This document shows, piece after piece, positions 32,799 to 43,310 of a DNA stretch of 64,000 bases; positions within the stretch are counted from its first letter, which is position 1; every line of letters begins with the position of its first letter. Source of the stretch: Planctomycetota bacterium. GTDB taxonomy: Bacteria > Planctomycetota > UBA1135 > UBA2386. A program made the translations under genes and the position numbers. The DNA lies in contig OZ245006.1 in NCBI GenBank assembly GCA_965223545.1, positions 7,168,001 to 7,232,000 of the forward strand, given 5' to 3'. A model generated the notes under the pieces. It ran no database searches. It was not told where the DNA came from and was given only the letters and a program-made list of their open reading frames with translations.

Positions 32799-33845
32799 TT
32801 ACGCTCGATCTGCGGTAGCCGGGTGATTTTGCCGGCGTGCCGCCGCAGCCGGCCGCGCCGTGGCCGTCTTGGCGGGCGCCGCGCCGGTCGCGGGCACGCC
32901 GGGCCGCCACAGCGTGCCGGCGAAGTGCAGCAGCAGCGGCAGCACGGCCAGCAGCGCCGCGCCGATCAGCACGGCCAGCAGCGCGTACTCGCGCAGAGTC
33001 AACCGCTCCAGCATCGACTTGCCGCCGCTGTCCGTGATCTGGCGAATGGTGTCGGTTGGCAGGTGCTTGGCATTGCCGTCGTGGAACACGCCGTCGAGGC
33101 GGGTGGCGATCTGGCGCAGCGTCGAGGTGTCCTGCCGGGACTGTCGCCCGTCGATGAACGTGCCCGCCATCGGATCGCCGACCCCGATGACCAGCACCTC
33201 GGCGACCGACGGCGGCATCTGCGGCATGCCGGTGGCCGGCACGGTGTCGCCGTCGCTGATGACGATCAGGATCGTGCTCTTGGCGCGCCATGCCTTGGCG
33301 ACCGAGGCCGCTTCTTCCAGGCCAGCGAACAGCTTGGTCTTGCCCGAGCGGAACGCGTAGTGCATCGGCAGGTCGGTGAGGATGTTGCGCACGACCTCCG
33401 AGTCCTGCGTGCCGATCACCACCGGCTTGGCACCGGTGTAGGTGGCGATCACCGAGATCTTGTAGTGGCCGAGCGACACGCGGCTGAACAGCGAGTCCAA
33501 CACGTCGCGTGCCCGCTCTTGCCGGGCTTGCTTCTGGGTCGGGCCCGCGTCCGCCAGCCGCATGCTCGGTGAGACGTCGAGGACGATCAGCAGATTGCGC
33601 ATCTCCTCGTCCTTGATCGCATCGCTCTTGTGCACCTTGGGCTCGACGGTGAGCAGCGTGGCGAGCCCCCAGGTCATCAAGCCGCTGGCGACCACGCGCA
33701 GCAACGGGACCGCCCGCGTCCAGGCCGCGGCGCGGGCGCGCGGGCCGAACGCCAACCGCGCGATCCGGCGGATGCGGCGGGAGTGCCATGCCTCGCCGGC
33801 GAGTACGAGCAGGCAAACCGCCGCCGTGGCCAGGCCGATCACCAC
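32799..33845 (-). CDS. VWA domain membrane protein (BatB-like)
   Basis: MIDAS LDVSPSM and ISDGD; N- and C-terminal TM helices; GTG start overlapping the upstream stop. Confidence 0.88.
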   Translation of the reverse strand: MVIGLATAAVCLLVLAGEAWHSRRIRRIARLAFGPRARAAAWTRAVPLLRVVASGLMTWGLATLLTVEPKVHKSDAIKDEEMRNLLIVLDVSPSMRLADAGPTQKQARQERARDVLDSLFSRVSLGHYKISVIATYTGAKPVVIGTQDSEVVRNILTDLPMHYAFRSGKTKLFAGLEEAASVAKAWRAKSTILIVISDGDTVPATGMPQMPPSVAEVLVIGVGDPMAGTFIDGRQSRQDTSTLRQIATRLDGVFHDGNAKHLPTDTIRQITDSGGKSMLERLTLREYALLAVLIGAALLAVLPLLLHFAGTLWRPGVPATGAAPAKTATARPAAAARRQNHPATADRA

Positions 33846-34756
33846 GGCGTGTACCTCAAGAACAGCTGGGTGAGGGCGAACAGGCCCAGCAGCGACAGCC
33901 CGATGACGCACAGGGCGACGAAGTCGTCGACGTACTCGGCGGCACCCTTCTCCAACTCGGCCTTGGCCATCTCGTCGATGCGCCGAAAGACGTCCTCCAG
34001 ACTGGCCGGGTCGCCGGGTTGGAACACGTGTCCGCCGGTCTGCGCGGTGATGTTGACGATGTCGCCGGGAACCTCCGACTCCGAGATGTGCACGCCGTAG
34101 ACCGAGATGTTGTCGCGCTGCATGTCGCGGGCGATCTCGGTGGCGCGGTCGCCGAACAGGTCGGCGCTGACGCCGTCGGAGACCAGGATGATCATGCGGT
34201 CGCCCTCTTCGCGCTGGACCAGCACTTCGCGGCAGGCGAGCAGCGCCTTGCCGATCTCGGTACCGCCGAACCAGGGCGGTGCGCGATCGGGCCGCATGAA
34301 CGGCGGCGCGCAGCGGAAGGCGGAGACGTCATTGGTCAGGGGCACCCAGTGCAGGACCGAGTTGCCGAAGAAGGTCAAGCCAAAGGCGTCTCCCTCGCGG
34401 TAGTCGAGGAACTGATTGATCGCCCTCATCGCCGCGTCGTAGCGCGTGCCGCCGCCGAACTGCGCCGACATGCTGCCCGAGATGTCGACGCAGAACTCGA
34501 TGTTGGTCAGCGCCCGCTGCACTTTCGGCGCGGTCAGCTTCTGTGGCTCTGCCCACAGCAGGATCGCCACGGCCAGGCCGAGGGCCGGCAGCGACTCGGC
34601 GCTTTGCACTGCACCGGCCAACCAGCGGCCGCTGCCGGCGACTGCGTGGTCGAACGGCAGCACGGTGCGCCGGCCGCGCCGGCGCCAGGTGAACCACACC
34701 AACAGGGCGGGGAACACCAAGAACAGCAACACCCAGGGCTTGCCGAACAGCTCCAT
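33839..34756 (-). CDS. VWA domain membrane protein (BatA-like)
   Basis: N-terminal F.KPWVLLFL BatA-type TM; MIDAS VDISGSM, GTEIG.AL, LVSDG. Confidence 0.9.
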   Translation of the reverse strand: MELFGKPWVLLFLVFPALLVWFTWRRRGRRTVLPFDHAVAGSGRWLAGAVQSAESLPALGLAVAILLWAEPQKLTAPKVQRALTNIEFCVDISGSMSAQFGGGTRYDAAMRAINQFLDYREGDAFGLTFFGNSVLHWVPLTNDVSAFRCAPPFMRPDRAPPWFGGTEIGKALLACREVLVQREEGDRMIILVSDGVSADLFGDRATEIARDMQRDNISVYGVHISESEVPGDIVNITAQTGGHVFQPGDPASLEDVFRRIDEMAKAELEKGAAEYVDDFVALCVIGLSLLGLFALTQLFLRYTPW

Positions 34757-34759
34757 CGT

Positions 34760-35629
34760 CTACGCCGCCCCCGCGGCGCCGGTGGAGTCCCGCGCCTCGG
34801 GGTCCGGCGCGTTCCGGTAGGGCTCGAGCAGAGCGTTGATGTCGACCGGCGCGGTGGGGGCGGGGCGGTGCAGCCATTCTTCGAGCTGGCGCACCAGAGC
34901 GCCGGCTTGCTCGTGTTCGCGCAGCGCGGCCATCGCCGCACTCGCCTTGGCTTCGGTGAGCCCCAAGCGCTCGCGCCAATAGCCGACCAGCAGCCGCTCC
35001 AGAGTGGCCTTGCCGCCGTCGTCGAGCCGCCCGTGCATCGCGTCTTCGACCATCGGCCGCAAGCGGTCGGCGAGAGTACGCGGCCGGGCGGCCACTGCGG
35101 CCTCGTTCTTGCGGCGCCGCCGACCGGCGAACAGGATTGCGAGGAGGCCGATGCCCCAGACGATCCCGGCGACGACCAGCCACGTGCGGTAGCCGCCGAT
35201 CGCCGGCGGCCTTTCGACCTGCAGCGGATTGGGTTCGATCTCGTGCGGCGGCCGCACCGGCACCACGGTGACGGCTACGGGAGGCAGGGCCTGCACCGCG
35301 CTGCCGTCGGCGCGGACCAGCAACGCGCCGAGGTCGTACTGTCCCGGCTCCAAGCCGTAGTACTCGAAGTCGTAGCGCGTGGCGGTGCCGTGCGGATAGT
35401 GGTCGACGATGTGCAGCACCAACGGCGCGCCGCGCTGGCGCGGCGCCACGATCAGGGCGGGCCCCGGCAGCACGACCGAGTCGAGGCGCGCCCGCATGCC
35501 GACCGGCACCTCGGGCGGTGAGGCGTCCGTCCCGTCGGCCTGAGCAGCGGCGCTCGCGCACAGCAGGGCGGTGGACAACACGGCGAGGACCGGCCCGCCC
35601 GACGGGCGGCTCTTGGACGTGGGCATCAT
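34760..35629 (-). CDS. Hypothetical exported membrane-anchored protein of the MoxR/VWA operon
   Basis: Signal peptide, Ig-like beta region (YDFEYYGLEPGQYDL), one TM, helical tail; ATGA overlap with DUF58. Confidence 0.8.
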   Translation of the reverse strand: MMPTSKSRPSGGPVLAVLSTALLCASAAAQADGTDASPPEVPVGMRARLDSVVLPGPALIVAPRQRGAPLVLHIVDHYPHGTATRYDFEYYGLEPGQYDLGALLVRADGSAVQALPPVAVTVVPVRPPHEIEPNPLQVERPPAIGGYRTWLVVAGIVWGIGLLAILFAGRRRRKNEAAVAARPRTLADRLRPMVEDAMHGRLDDGGKATLERLLVGYWRERLGLTEAKASAAMAALREHEQAGALVRQLEEWLHRPAPTAPVDINALLEPYRNAPDPEARDSTGAAGAA

Positions 35630-36486
35630 CGCGCTCCGCGGCCGAGCAGGCCGCGCGATGCAAAGAAGTGGCGCAGCCGGTGGGCGAACGGCCGGTCGGT
35701 GCGGATCACGAAGTGGTCGATGCCGCCGCGGCGCAGCTCGGCGACGACGGCCTCCTGGTCGAGCCAGCGCCGCCGGCCGTGCGTGGCGAACGCGGCCCCG
35801 GTCTCCGCCTCCCGGACGCGCAAGAAGCCGGCACCGCGCAGGTCGATCTCGGCGGGGTCGCGCAGCTGCACCGCGACACAGTCGTGCACTTGTCCCAGCA
35901 GCTTCAGCGCCGGCAGGGCTGTGTCATCGTGCAGGTCGCTCAACACGATCACCAGCGACCGATGGGTGAGGCTCGGCTGCAGCTCGCCGATGCGCTGCGC
36001 CAGGGTCGTCTTCTCGTCGTAGCGGAACCGGCGCAGCTCGAGCAGCCAGCGCAGGATCTGGTCCTTCGCCAAGCTGGGTTGGATGCGCAGCTCGCGCTGG
36101 CCGACGCCGATCACGCCGACCGGGCTGACGCGTTCCAGGCAGGCCAGCGCCAGGCCTCCGGCGACGTGCAGCGCGACCGCGTACTTGCTTCGCTGCGTCG
36201 ACTGGATCGTCATCGACGCCGAGGTGTCCAGCAGCAGGTAGCAGGGCATGCGCTTGGGCGCCTCGTAGTCCTTGACGTGGACGCGGCCGGTGCGCGCGGT
36301 GACGCGCCAGTCGATGGCGCGGATCGGGTCGCCGTACTGGTAGGGGCGGGACTGGACGTACTCGATGCCGGAGCCGAGGAAGCGCGAGTGGTCGGTGCCG
36401 TAGCTCAACGTGTCCGCCAGCTTGCGGATGGCGATGAAGAACTGGCGCGCGTCGAGGGTGTCGACCGTTTGCAGCTGGCCTTCCAC
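35626..36486 (-). CDS. DUF58 domain protein
   Basis: GSGIEY.QSRPYQYGDPIRAIDWRVTAR, LLDTSASM and LSDL motifs; GTG start approximate. Confidence 0.92.
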   Translation of the reverse strand: MEGQLQTVDTLDARQFFIAIRKLADTLSYGTDHSRFLGSGIEYVQSRPYQYGDPIRAIDWRVTARTGRVHVKDYEAPKRMPCYLLLDTSASMTIQSTQRSKYAVALHVAGGLALACLERVSPVGVIGVGQRELRIQPSLAKDQILRWLLELRRFRYDEKTTLAQRIGELQPSLTHRSLVIVLSDLHDDTALPALKLLGQVHDCVAVQLRDPAEIDLRGAGFLRVREAETGAAFATHGRRRWLDQEAVVAELRRGGIDHFVIRTDRPFAHRLRHFFASRGLLGRGAR

Positions 36487-36497
36487 GCCGCCGCTCG

Positions 36498-37514
36498 CTA
36501 CGGCGCCCCCATCTCGGACAGCATCTCCTGCAAGGTTTGCGGTCCGCTGAGTCCGTCCGCCAGCGCCTCGTAGCTCAGGCGGATGCGGTGCAGGATGACG
36601 TCCTCTGCCAGCGCGAACAAATCCTCGGGCACCGCGTAGTCGCGGCCGCAGATCAGCGCGCGCGCGCGCGAGGCCTTGACCAGGGCGATGCCGGCGCGCG
36701 GACTGCAGCCCAGCTCCAGGGCGGGGTGGCGCCGGGTGCGGTCGACGATCTCGACGACGTGCTCCATGAACGTCTCGCTGACGTGCACGGCTTGCACACA
36801 CTCCATCGCCGCGGCGAGTTCTTCGGGGCCGCCGACCGCTTCGTCCTTGATCACGTCGAACTCGGTGCGCGCCACTGCGCCGCCGCCGTCTTCGCGGCGC
36901 ACGCCGAGATTGGCGTTGCGGCGCAGCACCTCTTTCTCCTGCGCCGTGGTGAGGTACTCGAGCCGGTGCAGCAGCATGAAGCGGTCGAGCTGCGCCTCCG
37001 GCAGCTCGAAGGTGCCGGATTGTTCAACCGGGTTCTGCGTGGCGATCACCAAGAACGGCGCCGGCAGCCCGTAGGTCTGGTTGCCGATCGTGACCTTGCG
37101 CTCCTGCATCGCCTCGAGCAGCGCGCTCTGCACCTTCGGCGCGGCGCGGTTGATCTCGTCGGCGAGGAGCAGGTTGGTGAACACCGGCCCCTTGTGGGTG
37201 CGGAACTCGTGCGTCTTCTGGTCCAGGATCTCCGAGCCGAGGATGTCGGAGGGCAGTAGGTCGATGGTGAACTGGATGCGGGCGAAGTCGAGCTTGACGG
37301 TCTTCGACACGGCCGCCACCAGCAGAGTCTTGGCCAAGCCGGGGACGCCCTGCAGCAGCAGGTGGCCCGAGGTCAGCATCGCGATCAAGATGCGCTCGAC
37401 GACCACGTCTTGGCCGACGACGACCTCGCCGACGCGTTCACGGATGGCGCTGACGAACTCCGCGGTCTGTTCGAACTGTTGACTGCGGCTCGCGGGTTGG
37501 GTTTGCGTCGGCAT
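36498..37514 (-). CDS. moxR: MoxR family AAA+ ATPase
   Basis: GVPGLAKT, RIQFT.DLLPSD, LADEINRA, ATQNPVEQ.GT..LPEAQLDRF and GCSPR motifs. Confidence 0.95.
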   Translation of the reverse strand: MPTQTQPASRSQQFEQTAEFVSAIRERVGEVVVGQDVVVERILIAMLTSGHLLLQGVPGLAKTLLVAAVSKTVKLDFARIQFTIDLLPSDILGSEILDQKTHEFRTHKGPVFTNLLLADEINRAAPKVQSALLEAMQERKVTIGNQTYGLPAPFLVIATQNPVEQSGTFELPEAQLDRFMLLHRLEYLTTAQEKEVLRRNANLGVRREDGGGAVARTEFDVIKDEAVGGPEELAAAMECVQAVHVSETFMEHVVEIVDRTRRHPALELGCSPRAGIALVKASRARALICGRDYAVPEDLFALAEDVILHRIRLSYEALADGLSGPQTLQEMLSEMGAP

Positions 37515-37649
37515 TCTTCCCCGTCGGGTCGGTGCGGGAACTGGTGAGGGGCGGATCCGGCGGTGCGAGGACCGGACGGGGCGGGGGGATTGTGCGGGCC
37601 GCCCCGGGCCCGTGCAAGGGGTGTCGTCGATCGGCGGGCGCGCGGTCCG

Positions 37650-39824
37650 TCACTCGCCGACGACGGCGCGCAGGCCCTGCGTCCATCGCAGGGTGGCCGG
37701 GCCGAGCACGGCCGACTGGGCGTGGACCGCGATGCCGCGCACGGCGATGGCCCCGGCGATGGGCAAGGGCAGGTGCGCGATGCCGTGCGAATTCGAGACC
37801 CACGGCACTGCGGTCCACAGCATCGCCGGGTCGACCAGCAGTGTACAGCCGGCGCCGATCGGAGTGGCGGCGGCGGCGCCCCCGAGCAGCGTGGCGCCGG
37901 CGGTGCTGGCCGTCGACGCCGTGCGCAAGGCGAAGCTGCCGTTGCCGCGCCACGGGCGGCCGTAGGCCTCGAGCACGGCAGTCGGCGTTCCACAGCCGGT
38001 GCCGTACTGCGTCGCGATCGCCGCCGGCGTCGAGCCGTACACCCAGAGGTCGTCGGCGGTATTGCACGACATTCCGAGCGCGCAGGCGTGGCCACCGTAG
38101 AGCACGATCTGCTGGCGTGCGTGGTCATAGACCATGGCGTGCGCGATCCGCGGGGCCGGCGCCGCGGCGCCACCGGTGCGAGCCCAGTCGGTACCATCCC
38201 ACTCCCAAGTGTTGCTGCTGCTGGGCAGACCCGGGCTGGTGCGCGCACCGCCGAACAGGACGACGCGCTGGCGCGAAGCGTCGTACGCCAGCGCCGCTTG
38301 GCCGTCGGTGTCCGGAACCGTGGCGGGAGTGCGTTGCTGCCAGTCGCTGCCATCCCATTCCCAGGTCTCGCCGTTGAACAGCAGAACGTTTCCGCGCGCC
38401 GCGTCGTGGACCAGGGGGCCGTTGGCGAGCGGTTGGTTGGCAGGAGTGTGCAGGGTCCAGCCGGTGCCGTCCCACTCCCACGTCTGCAGTGCCGGATCAC
38501 CGCCGAACAGCACGACGCGATCGCGGGCGGAGTCGTACGCGAGACCGTGGCCGGCGCGCGGTGACGGGGCGGGAGTGGCCGTGTGCTGCGTCCACGCTGC
38601 GCCGTCGAACGACCAGAAGTCCCCGAATAGCTGCACCGGGGTACGACCGCCGAACAGCAGCAGCCGCTGGCGCCGGCTGTCGTAGACCAACGGCGAGAAG
38701 CGACGCGCCGGCGGGGCCACCGCTGGAGTGACATGGTGCCACGCACTGCCGTCCCATTCCCAGGTGCGGGCATTGACCGCGAGGAGGTCGCCAAACAGGA
38801 CGACTCGCTGGCGTGCTTGGTCGTAGCCGAGGGAGTGGCCACTGCGGCCCAGCGGGGCGTCGTCGATGCGACGCCAAAGCGCGCCATCCCACTCCCAGGT
38901 GTCGCGCAAGAACCCGCTCGGTGGCCAAATGCCGCCCCAGCCGCAGGTGAGAACGGTGCGTCGTCGGGCCGCGTCGTAGGCCATCGCCGCGCCGGTGCGA
39001 CCGCCGGGACCGGGTCCGGTGCGCTCGATCCAGCGCGCGCCGTCCCATTCCCAAGTGTCGTCCAGGAGCACTCCAGTGGGGCGGGTGCCACCGTGCAACA
39101 CGATGCGCTGCCGGTCCGAGTCGTAGCTCATGGCCGCGCCGCTCCGCACAGGCGGCTGGGGGTTGGCGGGATGCTCGCGCCAGGTGATGCCGTCCCAAAG
39201 CCAGGTCGGCGCGCCGGTCGCGGGACCCCTGGGAGAGCCGCCGAACAGCAGCATGATTTGACGAGAGGCGTCGTAGGCCAACGTCGCTCCGCTCAGTCGG
39301 GGCGGGCGAGCGGTTGGCGACAGCTGGGTCCAGGTGCCGCCGTCCCAGGTCCAAGTCTCCATGCCGAGGTTGCCCTGGTTGACCGCGATCACCAGGCCGC
39401 GGGCCACGTCGTACGCCATCGCCACCCAGTTGGTGACCCACGGCATGACCGCGACCTGGAGGTCGGTCCAATCATGGCCGTCCCACTCGAACGTGCGCGG
39501 GCGGCTGCCGTCGTAGCCGACCACCACGACGCGCCCACGGCGGCTGTCGTAGGCGCTGGCCAGATTCTTGAGCCGTGGTGGAGACGTGGCCGCCACGCGC
39601 GGGGTCCAGCGCGCCCCGTCCCACTCCCACGAATCGGTCAACCTGCCGTTGATCGCGTCGCCGCCGTGGAGGAGTACGTGGCCGCGCGCGGGATCGAACT
39701 CCGCGGCGGCGAGGCGCCGGCCGGTGGGCCACTCTTTGGCGACCCATTCCTGCGCGATGGCGCGGCAATCCGGACCCGAGACGATCGCCAGCATGGCCAA
39801 GAGGTAGTGCGGCCGGGAGAGCAT
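37650..39824 (-). CDS. Secreted Kelch-like beta-propeller repeat protein
   Basis: About 12 repeats of AYD..R.RVVLFGG...DTWEWDG..W; signal peptide; C-terminal YGTGC domain. Confidence 0.88.
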   Translation of the reverse strand: MLSRPHYLLAMLAIVSGPDCRAIAQEWVAKEWPTGRRLAAAEFDPARGHVLLHGGDAINGRLTDSWEWDGARWTPRVAATSPPRLKNLASAYDSRRGRVVVVGYDGSRPRTFEWDGHDWTDLQVAVMPWVTNWVAMAYDVARGLVIAVNQGNLGMETWTWDGGTWTQLSPTARPPRLSGATLAYDASRQIMLLFGGSPRGPATGAPTWLWDGITWREHPANPQPPVRSGAAMSYDSDRQRIVLHGGTRPTGVLLDDTWEWDGARWIERTGPGPGGRTGAAMAYDAARRRTVLTCGWGGIWPPSGFLRDTWEWDGALWRRIDDAPLGRSGHSLGYDQARQRVVLFGDLLAVNARTWEWDGSAWHHVTPAVAPPARRFSPLVYDSRRQRLLLFGGRTPVQLFGDFWSFDGAAWTQHTATPAPSPRAGHGLAYDSARDRVVLFGGDPALQTWEWDGTGWTLHTPANQPLANGPLVHDAARGNVLLFNGETWEWDGSDWQQRTPATVPDTDGQAALAYDASRQRVVLFGGARTSPGLPSSSNTWEWDGTDWARTGGAAAPAPRIAHAMVYDHARQQIVLYGGHACALGMSCNTADDLWVYGSTPAAIATQYGTGCGTPTAVLEAYGRPWRGNGSFALRTASTASTAGATLLGGAAAATPIGAGCTLLVDPAMLWTAVPWVSNSHGIAHLPLPIAGAIAVRGIAVHAQSAVLGPATLRWTQGLRAVVGE

Positions 39825-39990
39825 CGTTCGCGATGGTAGTCCAACGCAGGCGAAATGCCTTGCAGGTCCGGCAGGCCCTGCGGTGGGCGCACGCTTTCGC
39901 TAGGATCGTCGAGACAACCTCCACGTGCGCGCCGGTTGCGAGGTGCTCCTCGTGCAGGGGCGCGTTGACCATCGGGAGAGGAGCGACCGA

Positions 39991-42603
39991 ATGCAGTGCG
40001 ATACGCGTGTCTGGTCCGTTCTGGCGGCTGCGGCTGCCCTGCTCTCGCCCGGCGCGCTCGCCCAGCGCCAGTTCGCCGAAGAGAGCCACCTGAAGAGCTA
40101 TCTGCCAGCCGGGGGAGGCCTCACTTACGACTACGTCGCTTTCGACGTCGACGGTGATGGCGATGTCGATCTGGTCGAGGCGACGTCATCGCAGAACCGC
40201 CTCTACTTGAACGATGGCGCCGGCATCTTCACCGACGTCTCCTCCCAGCGGATGCCGAGCGGTCGCGACACGTCGACGTCGGTGGCCGCAGGAGATGTCG
40301 ATGGCGACGGTGACGTCGACCTGCTGTTCGGCAACGCCGTCAACTCCGTCCGCCAGAACCGGCTCTACCTGAACGACGGAAGTGGTCGTTTCGAGGACTT
40401 CACCACGGCGCGCATGCCTGCGGATGCCGAGCAGACGACGGCGGTCGAGCTCGTCGATGTCGACGGTGATGGCGATCTGGACGCGCTGATTGCCAATTCC
40501 GAGTTCGGGGCCGGTCGCAACCAGCTCTACCTGAACGATGGCGCTGGTACCTTCGTCGACGTCACCACGACGCACATGCCGGAGGATTTCGACGCCTCGA
40601 CGGCCCTGGCAGTCGGCGATGTCGACGGCGATGGCGACGCCGACGTGGTCGTGGCCAACAACACGTACTTCGGGCCTGGTGGTCAGCCAAACCGCTTGTA
40701 TCTGAACGATGGAAGTGGCCGGTTCACGGACGGTAGCACCGGGCGGCTGCCGGCCGAGCAGAACTTCTCACGGAGCGTCGCACTCGGCGACCTCGACGGG
40801 GACGGCGACCTCGATCTGGTCGTCGGCAACTCGACCCGCTTCAGCGGCAACAACCGGCTCTACCTCAACGACGGCAACGGCGTGTTCGGCGAGGCGCCGC
40901 CCGGCCGGCTGCCCTTGGTGGCGACCTTTCGACCAAACGTCCTCCTCGTCGACGTCGACGCGGACGGCGATCTCGACATGCTGTGGGGCGTGTCCGGTCA
41001 GGGCCTGCTGTTCCTCAACCAGGGTGGGGTCTTCGATGACGCGACCGCGACTTGGTTGCCGCCGATCAGCGGCACGACCGGTGCGCTGGCCGCCGCCGAC
41101 GTCAACGGCGACGGTCGCGTCGACGTCGTCTTCGGCAAGGACTCGGTGGTCGGCGACAACCAGCTCCTGCTGCAGAGCGGCGCCGGTCGCTTCATCGACA
41201 CCAACGTGCCGCGGTTCAACAACCGCCGCGGCGGCAACGTCGTGGCGGCGATCGACGCCGATGGGGACGGCGATCAAGACCTCGTGGCGGGCGGCTTCTC
41301 CACCAGCGGCGCGGTCACCTACAACGATGGCAACGGCGTGTTCCGCGTGGTCCCCGGTAGCTTCCCCGGCGTGGCGACTACGGCCATGGACATCGCCATC
41401 GCCGATGTCGATGGCGATGGTGACCCCGACGTCGTGTTCGCCAATTTCCAAGGGACGAATCGGCTGTTCCTCAACAATGGTGGTCGCTTCACCGATGCCA
41501 CCGTCGGCCGCTTGCCCCCCGATGCCGATGACAGCTTCGGCGTCGCGGTCGGCGATGTCGACGGCGACGGCGACGTCGATCTGCTGTTCGGCAACGGCGC
41601 TGGGGACCTCGACCGCCTCTACCTGAACGATGGCGCGGCTCGGTTCACCGATGTCACCGGGGCGCGGATGCCGTTCGAGTTCGAGACCACGCGGGCCGTC
41701 CGCCTGGCAGACGTGGACGCGGACGGTGATCTCGACTGCGTCCTCGCCTCTTGGGGGCAGACGCGCTTGCTCCTCAACGATGGCGAAGGCACGTTCGCCA
41801 ACGCCACCGCGGGGCGCATGCCGGTGGACACGGAGTTCTCCTCGGGGCTGACGATCGCCGACATCGACGCCGACGGCGACGCCGACTTGCTGATCTCGAA
41901 CTCGGTGGGGTCGGGGCCCGTGGAGGAAAACCAACTCTACGTCAATGACGGCATGGGCAACTTCACCGACGTGAGCGCGGCGCAGCTGCCAACCACCGGT
42001 GAATCGACCGCGCGGATCGAAATCGGCGATGTCGACCTCGATGGCGATCCCGATCTGCTGCTGGTCAACCCTCGGGGTACCGTTCGCCTGCTGCTCAACG
42101 ATGGCGGCGGAACGTTCACCGACGCCACCGATTCGCGTTTGCCGAGCCGGCGGGCGTCGGCGGCGTCGGCGGCGCTGGCCGACTTCGACGGCGATGGCGA
42201 CCTCGACTACGTGCTCGGTGCGCTCGATCGGCTGTTCGTCAACCGGCACCGGCAGCTGAGCGCGCCGCTGTTCGCGGGCCCGTCGCGCGGCTTCGAACTG
42301 GTGTTCCACGCGGAGCCCGGCTACGCCAACGCGTCGCACACCGCGATCCCGGCGCTCTCTCTTTCGCTTGCACCAGCGCCGCTGGTGCTGTCGCCGTGGG
42401 GGCGGTTGTACTTGTCGCCGACCGCGCTGATCCCGCTGCCACCGGTGTTGATCGACCAGGTGACCGGAACGGCGCAGCTGAACGTGCCGGTGCCGCCCTT
42501 GCCGGCGTTGGCCGGTCGAGCGCTGTTCGGGCAGGCCCTGATCGTCGATGGCGCCACGGAGCGGGCCCGGTTCACCAGCTACACGGCGGATCTGTTCCTC
42601 TGA
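39991..42603 (+). CDS. Secreted FG-GAP/VCBS repeat protein
   Basis: Many GDVDGDGDVDL...NRLYLNDG.G.F repeats; ATG 39991 with GAGGAG SD; signal peptide. Confidence 0.92.
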   Translation: MQCDTRVWSVLAAAAALLSPGALAQRQFAEESHLKSYLPAGGGLTYDYVAFDVDGDGDVDLVEATSSQNRLYLNDGAGIFTDVSSQRMPSGRDTSTSVAAGDVDGDGDVDLLFGNAVNSVRQNRLYLNDGSGRFEDFTTARMPADAEQTTAVELVDVDGDGDLDALIANSEFGAGRNQLYLNDGAGTFVDVTTTHMPEDFDASTALAVGDVDGDGDADVVVANNTYFGPGGQPNRLYLNDGSGRFTDGSTGRLPAEQNFSRSVALGDLDGDGDLDLVVGNSTRFSGNNRLYLNDGNGVFGEAPPGRLPLVATFRPNVLLVDVDADGDLDMLWGVSGQGLLFLNQGGVFDDATATWLPPISGTTGALAAADVNGDGRVDVVFGKDSVVGDNQLLLQSGAGRFIDTNVPRFNNRRGGNVVAAIDADGDGDQDLVAGGFSTSGAVTYNDGNGVFRVVPGSFPGVATTAMDIAIADVDGDGDPDVVFANFQGTNRLFLNNGGRFTDATVGRLPPDADDSFGVAVGDVDGDGDVDLLFGNGAGDLDRLYLNDGAARFTDVTGARMPFEFETTRAVRLADVDADGDLDCVLASWGQTRLLLNDGEGTFANATAGRMPVDTEFSSGLTIADIDADGDADLLISNSVGSGPVEENQLYVNDGMGNFTDVSAAQLPTTGESTARIEIGDVDLDGDPDLLLVNPRGTVRLLLNDGGGTFTDATDSRLPSRRASAASAALADFDGDGDLDYVLGALDRLFVNRHRQLSAPLFAGPSRGFELVFHAEPGYANASHTAIPALSLSLAPAPLVLSPWGRLYLSPTALIPLPPVLIDQVTGTAQLNVPVPPLPALAGRALFGQALIVDGATERARFTSYTADLFL

Positions 42604-42668
42604 CTCCGGCCTCCGATCGGCAACAAGTTCTGGAACGCGGGCCGCCCGGCGGCAACGATGCGCCGCCG

Positions 42669-43310
42669 ATGGTCTCCGCCACCGAAGCGCTGCAACGTTT
42701 GATCGCCGGCAACCGCCGGTTCGTCGCCGACGCTCCTCAGAGCGCGGGCTTCACCAGTGCCGCGCGGCGCGCCCAGCTCGCCGGAGGTCAGCAGCCGTTC
42801 GCCATCGTGTTGGGTTGCTCGGATTCGCGAGTGCCGGCCGAGATCGTCTTCGACCAGGGCTTGGGCGACCTGTTCGTCATTCGCGTCGCCGGCAATGTCG
42901 TTGCGCCGTCGCTGGTCGGCAGCGTCGAATTCGCCGCCGAACAGTTTGGCACCCGGTTGGTGGTCGTGCTCGGTCATTCGCGTTGTGGCGCGGTGATGGC
43001 CACTCTGGCCCAGATGGAGCAGTCGGAACCTGCGTCGCCGCCGTCGGCCAACGTCGGCTCGATCGTCGACCGCATCCGGCCCGCGCTGCTGCCGCTGCGC
43101 GGTGCGCCCGCCGAGGATGGCGACGCGGCCTTGGCGGCTGCAGTGCGCGCCAACATTCGCGCCTCGGCCGACCACTTGCGGCACGGCTCCGCCGTCCTCG
43201 AGCGGTTGATTGCCGAGGACGGCTTGCTGGTGGTGGGCGCGGAGTACGAGCTGGGAACCGGCGAAGTGCAGTTCTTCGACGGCGTGCCGGCCGGAGTCGG
43301 GCCGGCGTGA
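42669..43310 (+). CDS. Beta-class carbonic anhydrase
   Basis: GCSDSRV, DLFVIRVAGN and GHSRCGA motifs. Confidence 0.95.
   Translation: MVSATEALQRLIAGNRRFVADAPQSAGFTSAARRAQLAGGQQPFAIVLGCSDSRVPAEIVFDQGLGDLFVIRVAGNVVAPSLVGSVEFAAEQFGTRLVVVLGHSRCGAVMATLAQMEQSEPASPPSANVGSIVDRIRPALLPLRGAPAEDGDAALAAAVRANIRASADHLRHGSAVLERLIAEDGLLVVGAEYELGTGEVQFFDGVPAGVGPA

Noticed and set aside
32128..33816. 562-aa ORF as a single gene
   Set aside because: The upstream part is an alternative frame over the VWA gene. The real start is ATG 32715 with an SD.
37650..42603. Regularly spaced nucleotide repeats as a possible CRISPR array
   Set aside because: They are degenerate protein-coding Kelch and FG-GAP repeats. There are no identical repeats with unique spacers and no cas genes.
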